Shown: positions 26,384 through 37,930 of the stretch, in pieces
How positions within the stretch are numbered: position 1 is the stretch's first letter
How the letters are laid out: every line of letters begins with the position of its first letter
Assembly: GCA_951406725.2 (NCBI GenBank)
Contig: OX597819.1
Location: forward strand, 125,364,001-125,428,000
From: Octopus vulgaris
Taxonomy: Eukaryota
Direction of reading: 5' to 3'
Length of the DNA stretch: 64,000 nucleotides
Made by a program: the position numbers and the translations under genes
The notes under the pieces: model-generated
What the model saw: the letters and a program-made list of their open reading frames with translations, nothing else
The model's database searches: none
Told to the model about the DNA's origin: nothing

Positions 26384-26814
26384 CGAGGACGAAGACTCTT
26401 TGCTCAACAGCAGCAGCAGCATTTGTAAGGTTCACTGATCTTGAGGCCTTAGGGAAACAGTGATGTGCTGACAGTTGCTATCAAGCTAAGTGACAGTCAA
26501 GAGTGATACCACTGTGTTGAGCCCAGGCACCATTCTGGGGCTGTGAGGCAAAGTAGAAAACCATGCCAGACAGTGCTGGCCAAGACAGTGCACCAGCCTG
26601 TCCTTGATCAATGGAGTATAATGGCATCCCATTTGTTCGGGGGAACCAGACATCGACAGAAAGGAGAGAAGTATGGACGTCTGCCGGATAGAAGACAAGC
26701 TGCCTCCTTATCACCTCAGCCATCTTACACCACTTGATCACAAAAGGTGCAGTGAAATGCAAGGGAAATTACTCTTCATTTCCCTTTCGCTAGAATAAAT
26801 TGAAATATATATAT

Positions 26815-27036
26815 ATGTTTGTGTGTCTGTGTTTGTCCCCCCCACCCACATCGCTTGACAACCGATGCTGGTGTGTTTACATCCCCGTAACTTAACGTGT
26901 GTGTATATATATATATATATGACGAGCTTCTTTCAGTTTCCGTCTACCAAATCCACTTACAAGGCTTTGGTCGGCCCGAGGCTATAATTGAAGACACTTA
27001 CCCAAGGTGCCACGCAGTGGGACTGAACCTGGAACC
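26815..27036. mobile_element. Two opposed fragments of SINE family A
   Basis: 26815-26895 is a + strand middle fragment; 26920-27036 is a - strand 5' fragment. Confidence 0.7.
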
Positions 27037-27270
27037 TTTATTATATTTAATGGTTTAGTTAAATGAGGAAGAACAGCAAACCTGACTGGTGAGAAAGAAA
27101 AGACACCCAAACTGAAACATTGATTCAAAAAGTAGTGCCTATCCATTTATCGACCCTTAGACAAGGAACCTGATTTGAATATTTGCCACTGAATGGACTT
27201 TGTGAAAGACACCGAAAGGGCTAGATTAAGGACCAAGTTATTATTTTCCTCTTTTGGTATTTAAAGTTAA

Positions 27271-27775
27271 GAGAATACCCTCCATCAGGCATTTGCCATA
27301 TCCTGAACACCTTACTTCCCTGGGCATGGACACATTGAAACTCCGACATCTGGCAGCTGACTTGGCAGACACCCATAAAATTATTAACCATCTTACAAAC
27401 AATAACTCTGAGCACCTTTTCAAACTCCACCTGTCTAACACCCGTGGACATGTTTACAAATTCAGAAAACAGCACAGCTCCCATGACTTTCGGAAACATT
27501 TTTTTCACACTAAGAGTTGCTGAAGCATGGAACAAACTGCCGGCATCAGTTGTTAATTGTCGGAGCTCTGCATCCTTCAAAACTTCCATGCTTCCTGAGA
27601 TTCGCCAACACTACACCTGATTTTCTCCCTTCCATACACACGGAAGCATGTATCTGACTCATACACTGTTCGCTTTCCAGACATTTGTACATTACTGCAT
27701 ATGCTTTATACACACTTTTGACAACTTGTGGTGCACCTGAGCACCGTATACAATAATTTCATTATTATTTTTATT
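27271..27775 (+). mobile_element. CR1-clade LINE, 5'-truncated 3' end
   Basis: RIPSIRHLPY.E.L..LG...L..RRL..DL...HKII...TRGH.YK...RKHFF..RV..AWNKLP..VV; 3' UTR ending in (ATT)n. Confidence 0.85.
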
Positions 27776-27991
27776 ATAAAATTATTGTAGATCAATATAG
27801 TTTGTTTTTTTTTTCATCCAAAGACGATAAAACAAGTACCAGTAATATACTAGCACCTGCTCAGTTGACAATACTCATTTATGGAATAAATTGACCTTAA
27901 TCATTAGTAATAAATAGGAAAGAGTTTGGGGTTTTTTTTTAGTATTTTTCTTTTTCCTGTTATCATTAATTTTAAAAAATTTTTTCTTCAG

Positions 27992-28165
27992 GTAAATTTA
28001 CAAGAACAAGGTCGCCTTCTACGTCAGAATGAATTTTTTGTTACTCAAGGAAGGAAGAAATCAATGCGGCATATATTTCTTTTTGAAGAATTGGTTCTTT
28101 TCAGCAAAACTAAAAAAGATCGACATGGTGGACCAGAGTCCTATATATATAAATATAGCTTTAAA
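27992..28165 (+). CDS. PLEKHG4: RhoGEF exon: PH domain, N-terminal half
   Basis: ttcttcag acceptor, gtaagc donor; VNLQEQGRLLRQNEF...RHIFLFEELVLFSK...YIYKYSFK. Confidence 0.95.
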
Positions 28166-29009
28166 GTAAGCAAATATCTTATTTATATACATCTTTAAAA
28201 ATGTTTTTTTTGTTTTTAATATCAAGTTTCCCTTAACCTTTTAAAAATTAGTTATAAATTGTCTTTATTATTTCATTACTTTCATCTCTGTTTTATAACA
28301 TTTTTTTTAAACATAAGGAATAAAATATAAAATAATTGATAAAAAAAAATAATATGACTCCTGAAGTTTTGGGCAGGAAAAGCCCCTCCACATTAAAATA
28401 AAAGCTAACAGGGTAAAAAAGTATATATTTCAGAGGTTTTGCAGCTCATATTTAAAGGCAGAAATGGAGGAATGCATTCAAGGTGCCTCTGGCCAAATCT
28501 TTTACATTAAGAGTTACTGAGTATAAATAAAGCAGCTATAACCATTAGATGCTAATTCAATGCCCAGTTTAAAGAAACGATTGGCCATTTAGTGATTAGA
28601 CATCTTCTCCAGACCTTGTCAGTATATAACAAGCAAAGACATAATATGGTTAGTCATATATCCATCGGAAAATGTATTTCATCCATGAAAGACTTCAATT
28701 AATAATAAAATAAGATTGAATTAACACATTTACTAATTGTCATAATCGTCTTCTTTGACTGACAATGACAAAGAAGGATTTTCACACTTTAAATAAATTA
28801 AAATACGTGGAAATGTTTCAAAATTTTAAATGATAGTATTTTCAGCAGATATATAAATGCAGTTTAGCTCCAGGAAAATATTCCAATAAATATGTCTGTA
28901 AAATAACTGATGATTCCAAGCTGCTTGAATTAAAAAAAAAAGTTTATGCTGCTCCCTCTCTCCCTCTCCGTCCCCCCCTTATGTATATGTCTGTGTGTAT
29001 GTATGCATA

Positions 29010-29042
<33 letters not shown>

Positions 29043-29478
29043 TATATATGCATATATATATATACATGTATGTACATACTTACATATATATGTATATGCA
29101 TATATGGGTACAAGACATCATAAAACATGAACAACATGAAATACAAAATACAAAGATTTAGGTGGTTATTTCTAGCAGGTCAACTGGTATTGGCTCGTTG
29201 TTTAATCAGTGTTAAGATGTTGGTGTTTATTGAAAATTGTAGCGATTGGTAGCAGTGTCTCTCACAGGGAATCCAGCCTGCATTAAACAAATTGCCATAT
29301 TTATCAAAATTATGATGATTTCCTTCTTTTTAAACTTCTCGAACTACTTGAGGAGGAAACAAGAATTATATGGTTACAAATCTTATTAATAAAGATAAGG
29401 AGGGATGCTGACAATTTCATCATTTTTCGTAGGTTGTGAGGCTACTGTTTGAGAATCACTTAGCTCAAGTGTTTTGTG

Positions 29479-29708
29479 GTACAAACTGCCGGCATCAGTT
29501 GTTAGTTGTCGGAGCACTGCATCCTTCAAAACTTCCATGCTTCCTGAGATTCGCCAACACTACATCTGATTTTCTCCCCTCCATACACACGCAAGCATGT
29601 ATCTGACTCATACACTGTTTGCTTTCCAGACATTTGTACATTACTGCATATGCTTTATACACACTTTTGACAAGTTGTGGTGCACCTGAGCACTGTATAC
29701 AATAATTT
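29479..29708 (+). mobile_element. CR1-clade LINE 3' fragment (same family)
   Basis: Near-identical to 27532-27760. Confidence 0.85.
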
Positions 29709-29769
29709 TAAATCCCCTGCACTAAGTCGGTCTGTCAAATAACCTATTTGTCTTTTGCTCTTGTTGTAG

Positions 29770-29947
29770 ACTTCAGATATTGGATTAACAGAAAATTTCC
29801 GTGATCACACAAATAAATTTGAAATCTGGTTCCGACGGCGATCACTTGGAGAAAACTATATTTTACATGCTCAAGATAATGATATCAAAAAAAGCTGGGT
29901 TCAAGATATTTCTAGATTGTTGTGGAGACAAGCAATAAAGAATCGAG
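29770..29947 (+). CDS. PLEKHG4: RhoGEF exon: PH domain, C-terminal half
   Basis: ttgtag acceptor, g|gtaagt donor; TSDIGLTEN...KFEIWFRRR...YILHA...KKSWVQDISRLLWRQAIKNR. Confidence 0.95.
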
Positions 29948-30187
29948 GTAAGTCAACTTTCAAAACCAAATTAGCCACCATATTTATTCTGGATCTACAC
30001 AATCTTTAATATAATGTAATCCGCACCTTAACATGATGATAAAACAGAATATTTTTCATCCTCCTTGCAAACTTAATCAACAAAGAACAAATTGAATTAA
30101 GGAATACTTTCCAAACGCATCCTAGACACAATTTAACTTATCAAAATAATTATGTACGAAAGAAAATCCATTTTCTTTTTGACAATT

Positions 30188-30505
30188 CATCATCATCGTT
30201 TGAAGTCCGCTTTCCATGGGTTGGATGTTTCGACCAGGGTCTGGGAAGCCAGGAGGCTGCACCAGGCCCAGTCTGATCTGCCAGTGTTTCTACAGCTGGA
30301 TGCCCTTCCTAATGCCAACCACTCCGTGAATGTAGTGGGTGCCTTTTACGTGCCACTGACATGGTGCTAGGCGAGGCTGGCAACGGCCAGGATCGCTTGG
30401 TGCTTTTTACATGCCATCAGCACGGAGGCCAGTTGGGGCGGCGCTGGCAACGGCCATGTTCGGATGGTTCTTTTACATGCTATCACGACTACAATTTCCA
30501 TTGAT
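30188..30505 (-). mobile_element. Family B copy
   Basis: Family match. Shorter minus-strand copies also at ~1388-1485, 2930-3056, 7921-8146, 8338-8553, 13583-13776, 25779-25822. Confidence 0.8.
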
Positions 30506-31077
30506 TGAGTAAAAAGAAAACATGGAGATGAAGTATTTGATGTTTCTCCAAGAATATGTAACAGCACTTAACAATAAATAATTATCAGAAATTTACCTTT
30601 TAGCTTGATTACATCAGAAAACTTCCTGCCTTGAACAGAGGCCTTTAAAGAGATGATGGACTCTTAATCATATATAGTATAAATGGCCATGAATTAGATT
30701 AACTAAGACCGCATTAAACTTATCAGTGATATGGGTTTAAGACTTGCAGTTGATACTCATCTTAGTGTAGTTAATTTTTTCTTTTTACAGATTATTTCTT
30801 TAAACTTGGACACAAAAAGATTCTACCCCAAATATTATACTTCATTATAATGATTTTCTCTCAAACATTGTATTTTTTTCCAGAAGCTTGCACTTAACCC
30901 TGTCATAAGATCATACCTAACTTCTTTTCTCCCCATTTCTCTTACCTTTTACGAGTATTAGAAATATCTGTTGTTATTATTAATGGAATGTGTTGACATA
31001 CCTTAGAAAAAAAAATCATATCCCAAAATGTATTTGAAGAAAGTCTATAAAATGGTTTGTGTTGTATTTTGTAACAG

Positions 31078-31188
31078 AAAGCCGAAAAACTGAGATGGCT
31101 TCAATGGGGATGGGAAGTAAGCCAAGTTTTGACCTGAAAGGAGATTATAATTTAAATGAAAACTTAGTCACTTCTGGACAATTTGCTG
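31078..31188 (+). CDS. PLEKHG4: RhoGEF exon: post-PH segment (ESRKTEMASMGMGSKPSFDLK...)
   Basis: aacag acceptor, g|gtaagt donor, 111 nt, phase 1/1; MASMGxGxKP motif of the family. Confidence 0.9.
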
Positions 31189-31375
31189 GTAAGTCTTTTA
31201 CTGACAATTCCTACTTATAGCTTCCTTTGTTGATATGTTATTCGTATTTGAGGGCCGGGTGTTTGTAGTAATGGTGGCATAAAGTAATAAAGCCACAAAG
31301 GGGGATGTGTATATTGTTAATTAAATTTATCCTGTTACATAAGTGGCACATATTTTAACTCCAGAAAGAAGATGG

Positions 31376-31885
31376 AGAATACCCTCCATCAGGCATTTGC
31401 CATATTCTGAACACCTTACTTCCCTGGGCATGGACACTTTGAAACCCCGACGTCTGGCAGCTGACTTGGCAGACACCCATGAAATTATTAACCATCTTGC
31501 CAACAATAACTCTGAGCACCTTTTCAAACTCCACCCATCTAACACCCGTGGACATATTTACAAAGTAAGAAAACAGCACAGCTCCTTCCATGACTTTCGG
31601 AAACAATTTTTCACGCTAAGAGTTGCTGAAGCATGGAACAAACTGCCGGCATCAGTTGTTAGTTGTCAGAGCACTGCATCCTTCAAAACTTCCATGCTTC
31701 CTGAGATTGGCCAACACTACACCTGATTTTCTACCCCCACCTACACACGCAAGCATGTATTTGACTCATACACTGTTCGCTTTCCAGACATTTCTACATT
31801 ACTGCATATGCTTTATACGCACTTTTGACAAGTTGTGGTGCACCTGAGCACTGTATACAATAATTTCATTATTATTATTATTTTA
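31376..31885 (+). mobile_element. CR1-clade LINE 3' end (same family)
   Basis: ORF 31343-31726 encodes the C-terminal CR1 ORF2 motifs; (ATT)n tail. Confidence 0.85.
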
Positions 31886-32129
31886 TTATAAAATCCTAGT
31901 AATATTAAAACAATTAGGAGATATTTGCCCCTTGGTGGTAAATTTACCTCAGTTTGGGAATCCCTGTACTAGAGCAACCTGCCAAATGTTTTGCGATATC
32001 CAGCTATAGATCTTTATGTTTTGAGCTGAAACCCCTGTTAGAGTTGATAAAATAAAGGCAATGTATTTGACTGTCTCCTTTCCCACAGATTTGTGGTCTT
32101 GTGCCTAATATATATACTGTATTATTTTA

Positions 32130-32390
32130 CTACTTACTTGTACTTGTGGCAACATTCACTCTGGGCTTCTTCTACTCATGGAAGAAGTTTCGTGGGAATA
32201 TGTGGATTTCACAAACGGTCCCCAACAATCCCGCATGTGGAGACATCTTGTTTTCCACAGATTGTCCGCAGGCGCAGGGACAGAACAACTGAGGAGCCAC
32301 CGGTTGCCGAAGCAGACACTCCGAGGATTTTCACCAGAGAACCCCGTCTGCTGGGTTGTCAATCCGCCATATTTCGTCAACCCTTGTGAT
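32130..32390 (-). mobile_element. GC-rich RTE-related element with tail ...gtgaatgttgccacaagtacaagtaagta
   Basis: Tail resembles the 21368 RTE end (ggtgaatgctgtcaagtc...); body not recognisably coding. Confidence 0.45.
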
Positions 32391-32610
32391 GTAGTATTAG
32401 TTTGGTAATTTAAAACACACACATACTGTTATACTCTTTCGTACTGGTTTCAAATTTGGTTCTGGTTACACTGAGGTACCGACATAGGAAAGAAAATGCA
32501 TGCATAGATAGATCTATTTGTCTACTTGTGTGGTGTGGTGTGTGTTAGGTTGTATCGAAGAAAAACAAGTTCTAACTCTCTATATTTCTCTCTCTCTCTT
32601 TCTGTTTCAG

Positions 32611-32841
32611 CACGTTCCCGTAATTCCATTGCAGTCTCCTCAGTTGACCACTTCCGAGATGGTGCCAAACGACCTCTCTCAATCAACTCTCTAAGTAGCA
32701 CATCTTCCTCAAGTAGTGGTCAATCTACAAGTCACGGACTTCTCAACTCTCTCAATTTAGCCTTTGAAAACATGATACTCAGTTCCAATGCAAATGCAGA
32801 CAGCCCACATTTCAATCGACGGTCAATGAATTCTTCAAATG
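32611..32841 (+). CDS. PLEKHG4: RhoGEF exon: Ser-rich tail (ARSRNSIAVSSVDH...KRPLSINSLSSTSSSSS)
   Basis: Strong polypyrimidine tract + tttcag, g|gtaaaa donor, 231 nt, phase 1/1, open frame. Confidence 0.88.
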
Positions 32842-33021
32842 GTAAAATGTTATTCCTTTTTTTTTTTTACTTCCAGCTCCCTGTAGAGAAGAATCATTTG
32901 GTACCTTCCAAGTCATTCTGTTCCATGCAATCCTTTCTAATTACAGCTTCAATGCCCCCTTACTCAAGATTAATATATTTTCCTTTTTTCTTCAAAAGCC
33001 AACATTGTTGGCACTAATATA

Positions 33022-33254
33022 TATTTCTTTACTACCCACAAGGGGCTAAACACAGAGGGGACAAACAAGGACAGACAAACGGATTAAGTCGATTATATCG
33101 ACCCCAGTGCATAACTGGTACTTAATTAATCGACCCTGAAAAGATGAAAGGCAAAGTCGACCTCGGTGGAATTTGAACTCAGAACGTAGCAGCAGATGAA
33201 ATACCGCTAAGCATTTCGCCCGACGTGCTAACGCTTCTGCCAGCTCGCCGCCTT
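33022..33254 (-). mobile_element. SINE family C with TSD tggcactaatata
   Basis: Family match; duplication at 33009-33021 and 33255-33267. Confidence 0.9.
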
Positions 33255-34004
33255 TGGCACTAATATACTTTCACTTTTCATCTGACACTTCACGAGTCTC
33301 TTCCCAACAATTTTTCTTTAAAAATTGCCTTCAATTTCCATTGTGTTCATATATGTATGTGTTTGAGTGTGTATGTGTGAATGTATGTGAATACTGATAT
33401 TGAATTATATCACACTATATTACCACTTCATTGGTTGAGCAAAGTGCTGGTAATTGTTGACATCCCATGCTGACAGTATGCTGCACTTTCGAAACCTCTG
33501 AAATAAATTTTTAAAATCCTTTTCATGAAAACAATTGGGAGTTGGTAAAAGAAGGAACATCTGATCATAAAATCTTCCCTTGACTCCTCATCCTGACCCC
33601 TGCTAACATTGAAAAACAGAAGTCAAACAAAAAAAAAATCAAATGCATGAAATATCAATTTATCTGTCTATCCACCACACACATACATATAATCAAATTT
33701 GAGTGCTTCATTTGCGTATTTGAATTATATCACACTATATTACCACTTCATCTGGTTCGCCAGCCCTCAGTCATTCGTCCAACCCATGCTAGCATGGAAA
33801 GCGGACGTGAAACGATGATGATGATGATGTATTACATGTACCTGAACAATCTTAATTCAGTTTTCATTAAACCGTCCGACAAACAGGAACATGAAACTGT
33901 GATTAACAGCTGTGTGATAATTTTGCAGCTTTAATTAAAAGTATATTACTCTACCTTTGGTAGTCAGATACTATTTTTTCCACCTTGTTTTGCATTTATG
34001 TTGT

Positions 34005-34240
34005 CACCTTGGATGTGTGGTAAGTAACTTGCTTACCGACCACCTGGTTCCGGATTCAGTCCCACTGCGTGGCACCTTGGGCCAGTGTCTTCTACTATAG
34101 CCTTGGGCTTGGCATTGTGAGTGGATTTGGTAGATGGAAACTGAAAGAAGCCTGTCGTGTATATGTGTGCGTTTGTGTGTCTGTTTTTGTCCCCACCCCA
34201 ACATCACTTGACAGACTGAAACAAGTAAAAGAATAAAAGG
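34005..34240 (+). mobile_element. SINE family A, internally deleted
   Basis: Head and tail match family A; middle missing. Confidence 0.75.
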
Positions 34241-34274
34241 AAAGAATATATATATATATGTATGTATGTATCTA

Positions 34275-34510
34275 TGTATGCATATGGAAGAGAGTGTAAT
34301 TCGGCAGGAGGACTTAAACGACATGCAAAGATACATGAAGCCCAGTTACAACTACAGCCGGCTTTTACCAGTAAAGGTTTTAGTTGTCAATTTTATACAA
34401 GACATTGTAGATCTTTAGCTGGGCTAAAAAGTCACATTCGATCACAGCACCAGTAACAGTTAAGCTTCGTGCAATGGCCATACTCGATAACGAGGGGGCA
34501 GCCATAATGT
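34275..34510 (+). mobile_element. RTE-type LINE 3' end with two decayed C2H2 zinc fingers
   Basis: YGRECNSAGGLKRHAKIH and FSCQFYTRHCRSLAGLKSHIRSQH*, followed by a short UTR with hairpin ctcg-ataa-cgag; no splice signals. Confidence 0.6.
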
Positions 34511-34620
34511 ACGTATGTATGTGCATGTATTTATGTATAAACTGCTATCAATAATTATATCTTCATTCCAAAATATTGGTTACTAGTATTTAAAATTTTT
34601 TTTTTTTTTCTATCTTCCAG

Positions 34621-35078
34621 AAAGTGGCATTTGTACAGACATTTTCCCTGAAACAGAGGGCTGTGTTGCTGCTGCTGCCGCTGCGAATGCTCAGACAGGT
34701 TCTACTTCAGCAACAACACTGCCAGTCAACACAAGGATGTTGGCAAGCTCCACTAACAGCAGTCCCTGCCCGTACCAGCAGACAAATTCAGAAGGAACTA
34801 GTACAACAACAACATCGATACAGACACCAACACAACCAACATCAACTGCCGCAAACAAACACGCTCTTTCAGATCAGCCGTCATCCATAGACACACAAGT
34901 TTCATCTGCAATCACTTTTCCTTCATCCACGACCACCACCACCAAACAAGCTGACCCGGCACGATTGTGGCTTGATCTTAGCAAGACTCGACAACCAACT
35001 GAATTCAAACTACGCTTAGCGCCAATGCATGGACTGACAAACATCGCGAACATTAACGCTGAAGAAAGTGAACTGTAA
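34621..35078 (+). CDS. PLEKHG4: RhoGEF terminal coding exon (ESGICTD...NINAEESEL*)
   Basis: Poly-T + ttccag acceptor; phase-1 entry gives an open frame to TAA at 35076-35078; Thr/Ser/Ala-rich. Confidence 0.85.
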
Positions 35079-35374
35079 ATGAACTGAAATTCAGTAAATT
35101 GATTGGACATGGGAATATTTCGTGAACATGTCATACTGGTGTGCAATGATAGGACCAGCAGACTTGATAATATCGTCTTAAAGAATATGTGGTGGCAATA
35201 CCAACATAGGGAATGATAGAAAGTCTGCTGGTCGCAATCTTGCAATCAGATCAGTCTCAAATAATTAAATTAAGTCTAAGACCAGGTTTCCTTTCTTATG
35301 GAAGTTGATTTATGTGGCTGCATTGTCTGTTAGCGGAAGAAGATACGAGCTTCACAATTTTATACAGGTGGTAT

Positions 35375-35380
35375 AATAAA
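35375..35380 (+). promoter_or_regulatory. Candidate proximal polyadenylation signal AATAAA
   Basis: AATAAA about 300 nt after the RhoGEF stop codon; usage unproven in such AT-rich DNA. Confidence 0.3.
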
Positions 35381-36080
35381 TCAGGGGAAACAACTAATAG
35401 AATCAAAATGGTTTTTTGCATATAAAATCTAAAAAAAAAAAAAAATCAAAAAAAAAATTGTTTAAAAGAAATATTCTTCTACTAAATTCATTTGTAATTA
35501 GTTAAGAAAAAAGATATTCAATTAACACAAATATGTGCGTACGTATATATTTGCACATATGTATGGATATATATATGTGTGTATACACACACACAGATAT
35601 ATATGCATGTGTATATTGTATAGACTCATGTGTGTTTATATATGCATACATACATACACATATATATACTTATATACATATATACATATACACACATATA
35701 TATATACATATACTTATATACATATATATATATATGCATACATATACTTATATATATATACATATAGATATATTTGTATGCATTTATTTATTTATATATT
35801 TGTGTATATATATGTACACACACACACATACATACATGCACAAATACACAAGCATATGTAAATATGTATGTCTGTATGTATGTGCATCTATCTACCTGTC
35901 AATATATATGTGTGTATATATATATATAAATACATCTGCATGCACACAGACACGCACGCACGCACACTATGAGAGAAACAGACAGGTAGTTGCGTACTTG
36001 TTTTTGTATGGCTATTAATTACAGGTGTACGTATGAAGACAAACATTTACAACATCATATGTCTTTATGTATAAATACAT

Positions 36081-36119
<39 letters not shown>

Positions 36120-36258
36120 CAGCGGTGGCCAAAAGTCTGGAACATTTTTAAAAATTGAAATTGTTATCCCCAAGTACAATTTGGTTCAAATATAATTTGA
36201 GCATTTAATATAAAAATTCTAATTTTCAGACCTATGTTCCAAGATTTGGCCACAACTG
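36120..36258. mobile_element. Small Tc1/mariner-type MITE; extra TIR copy at ~36287-36312
   Basis: cagcggtggccaaaagtctggaacat ... atgttccaagatttggccacaactg, inserted in a (TA)n tract. Confidence 0.7.
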
Positions 36259-37494
36259 TGTGTATATATATATATATCTAGACAGACAGTTGTGGTCAAA
36301 TCTTGGAACATACACGCAAACATATATATATGTACATAGATACACACAAAAAACTTATCATTATTATTATTACTATTATTATTATTATTATTTAAAACTG
36401 TTTCATTCAGTCCTGTGTGACTTAAAGTTTTGGTTAGTTAACCGATTCCGGTTCATGTATGTGTATACATATAAGTATATGGATGTGTATATTTATAATT
36501 ATATATACATATACATACACACACACATGCATATGTGTGTGTGTGTATATATGTGTATGAATCTACATACATACATATTTATACATTGATGTATGTATCA
36601 TAGTATACGTATTTCTCTATATTTATATATATAAATATATTTGTATGTTATATATATATATATAGATGTATATCATTATCGTGTTATGATAGCTAAACTT
36701 GCGAATGGTTTCATGTTGGAGAAAGGGGTTCAAATCTTGCAAGCATCAGAAATGGTAGAATGGAATGACATTGCTTGGACATTTTGATACTTTGAGGTTT
36801 TTAGAGACAATGAGCCCAGATAATGCTATTCCATCCAGTTATTGATGATGAGTGCTAGATTCAAATATCCATATTTGGCATGAAATCATGAAATCCAGCA
36901 ATCATGAGACTATTATATAGTATTATATTATCAATAATTATAATAATAATAATCTGCCAACTATGTTACCTAATATAGGAGAGCCTGTTTTTTTCTAACA
37001 TTATATATATGTTTGTGTGTGTGTGTATATATATATACATATGTATATATGTGCGTGTGTATGTGTGTGAAAATATATCATTATATATGTGTATGCATAC
37101 ATATTGATAGATATGTATATGTCCACATATATATATATTCATTCACATATATATGTATACATATTTTTCATGCGTGTGTATGTGTGTATTTATATATATA
37201 TATATACACATATGTATATGCATGTATAGGTATACATATATATACTTATATATATATAAATATATGCATGTGTGTATATATCTATGTATATATGTATGTA
37301 CATATAAATGTATATTTGTATATATGTATGTATATATGTAAATGTCTGTGTGCATATATATATATATGTGTGTGTGTGTGTGTCTGATAGTTTTGTTTAG
37401 AAAGCATATTACTCTACCGCTGGTATTTGTGTACTATATATATTTATATTAATATATATTGTATATGGATATGTATCTATATATATGTATATAT

Positions 37495-37855
37495 TTTATT
37501 TGTTTCAATCATTTGAAAGCAGCCATGCTGGAGCACTGTCAAACAAATCGACCTCAGGACTTATTCTTTGTAAGTCAAGTACTTAGTCTATCGGTCTCAT
37601 TTGCCGAACCACTAAGTTATGGGGACGTAAACACACCATCAATTGTCAAGCAATGGCGGGGGTACAAACACAGAAACACAAACACACGCACATATACGAC
37701 AGGCTTCTTTCAGTTTCCATCTACCAAATCTACTCACAAGGCTTTGGTTGGCCCAAGGCTATAGTAGAAGACACTTGCCCAAGGTGCCACGCAGTGTGAC
37801 TGAACCTGGAATCATGTGGTTGGTAAGCAAGCTACTTACCATGCAGCCACTCCTA
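37495..37855 (-). mobile_element. SINE family A
   Basis: Matches family A consensus. Confidence 0.8.
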
Positions 37856-37897
37856 TGTATATGTATATATACATATATATGTGTGGCTGTATGTGTG

Positions 37898-37930
<33 letters not shown>

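Larger units (their letters stand above)
2022..35078 (+). other. PLEKHG4: 5'-partial gene model: puratrophin-1-like (PLEKHG4/PLEKHG4B/ARHGEF40 family) DH-PH RhoGEF, 10 exons in window
   Basis: Exons 2022-2267, 20432-20681, 23756-23845, 24582-24725, 25869-25946, 27992-28165, 29770-29947, 31078-31188, 32611-32841 and 34621-35078 splice at GT-AG into one open frame (1960 nt). DH motifs ELISTERDYV, IFGNIEKIYEFH, YLLRPVQRMGKY. PH motifs QGRLLRQNEF, RHIFLFEELVLFSK. Family-typical post-PH LLWRQAIKNR..EMASMGMGSKP. Confidence 0.9.

Noticed and set aside
32089-32292. Alternative exon encoding a transmembrane tail (ICGLVPNIYTVLFYYLLVLVATF...)
   Set aside because: Needs phase 0 but the upstream exon ends in phase 1, which gives a stop after 6 codons; the acceptor lies in a decayed SINE tail.
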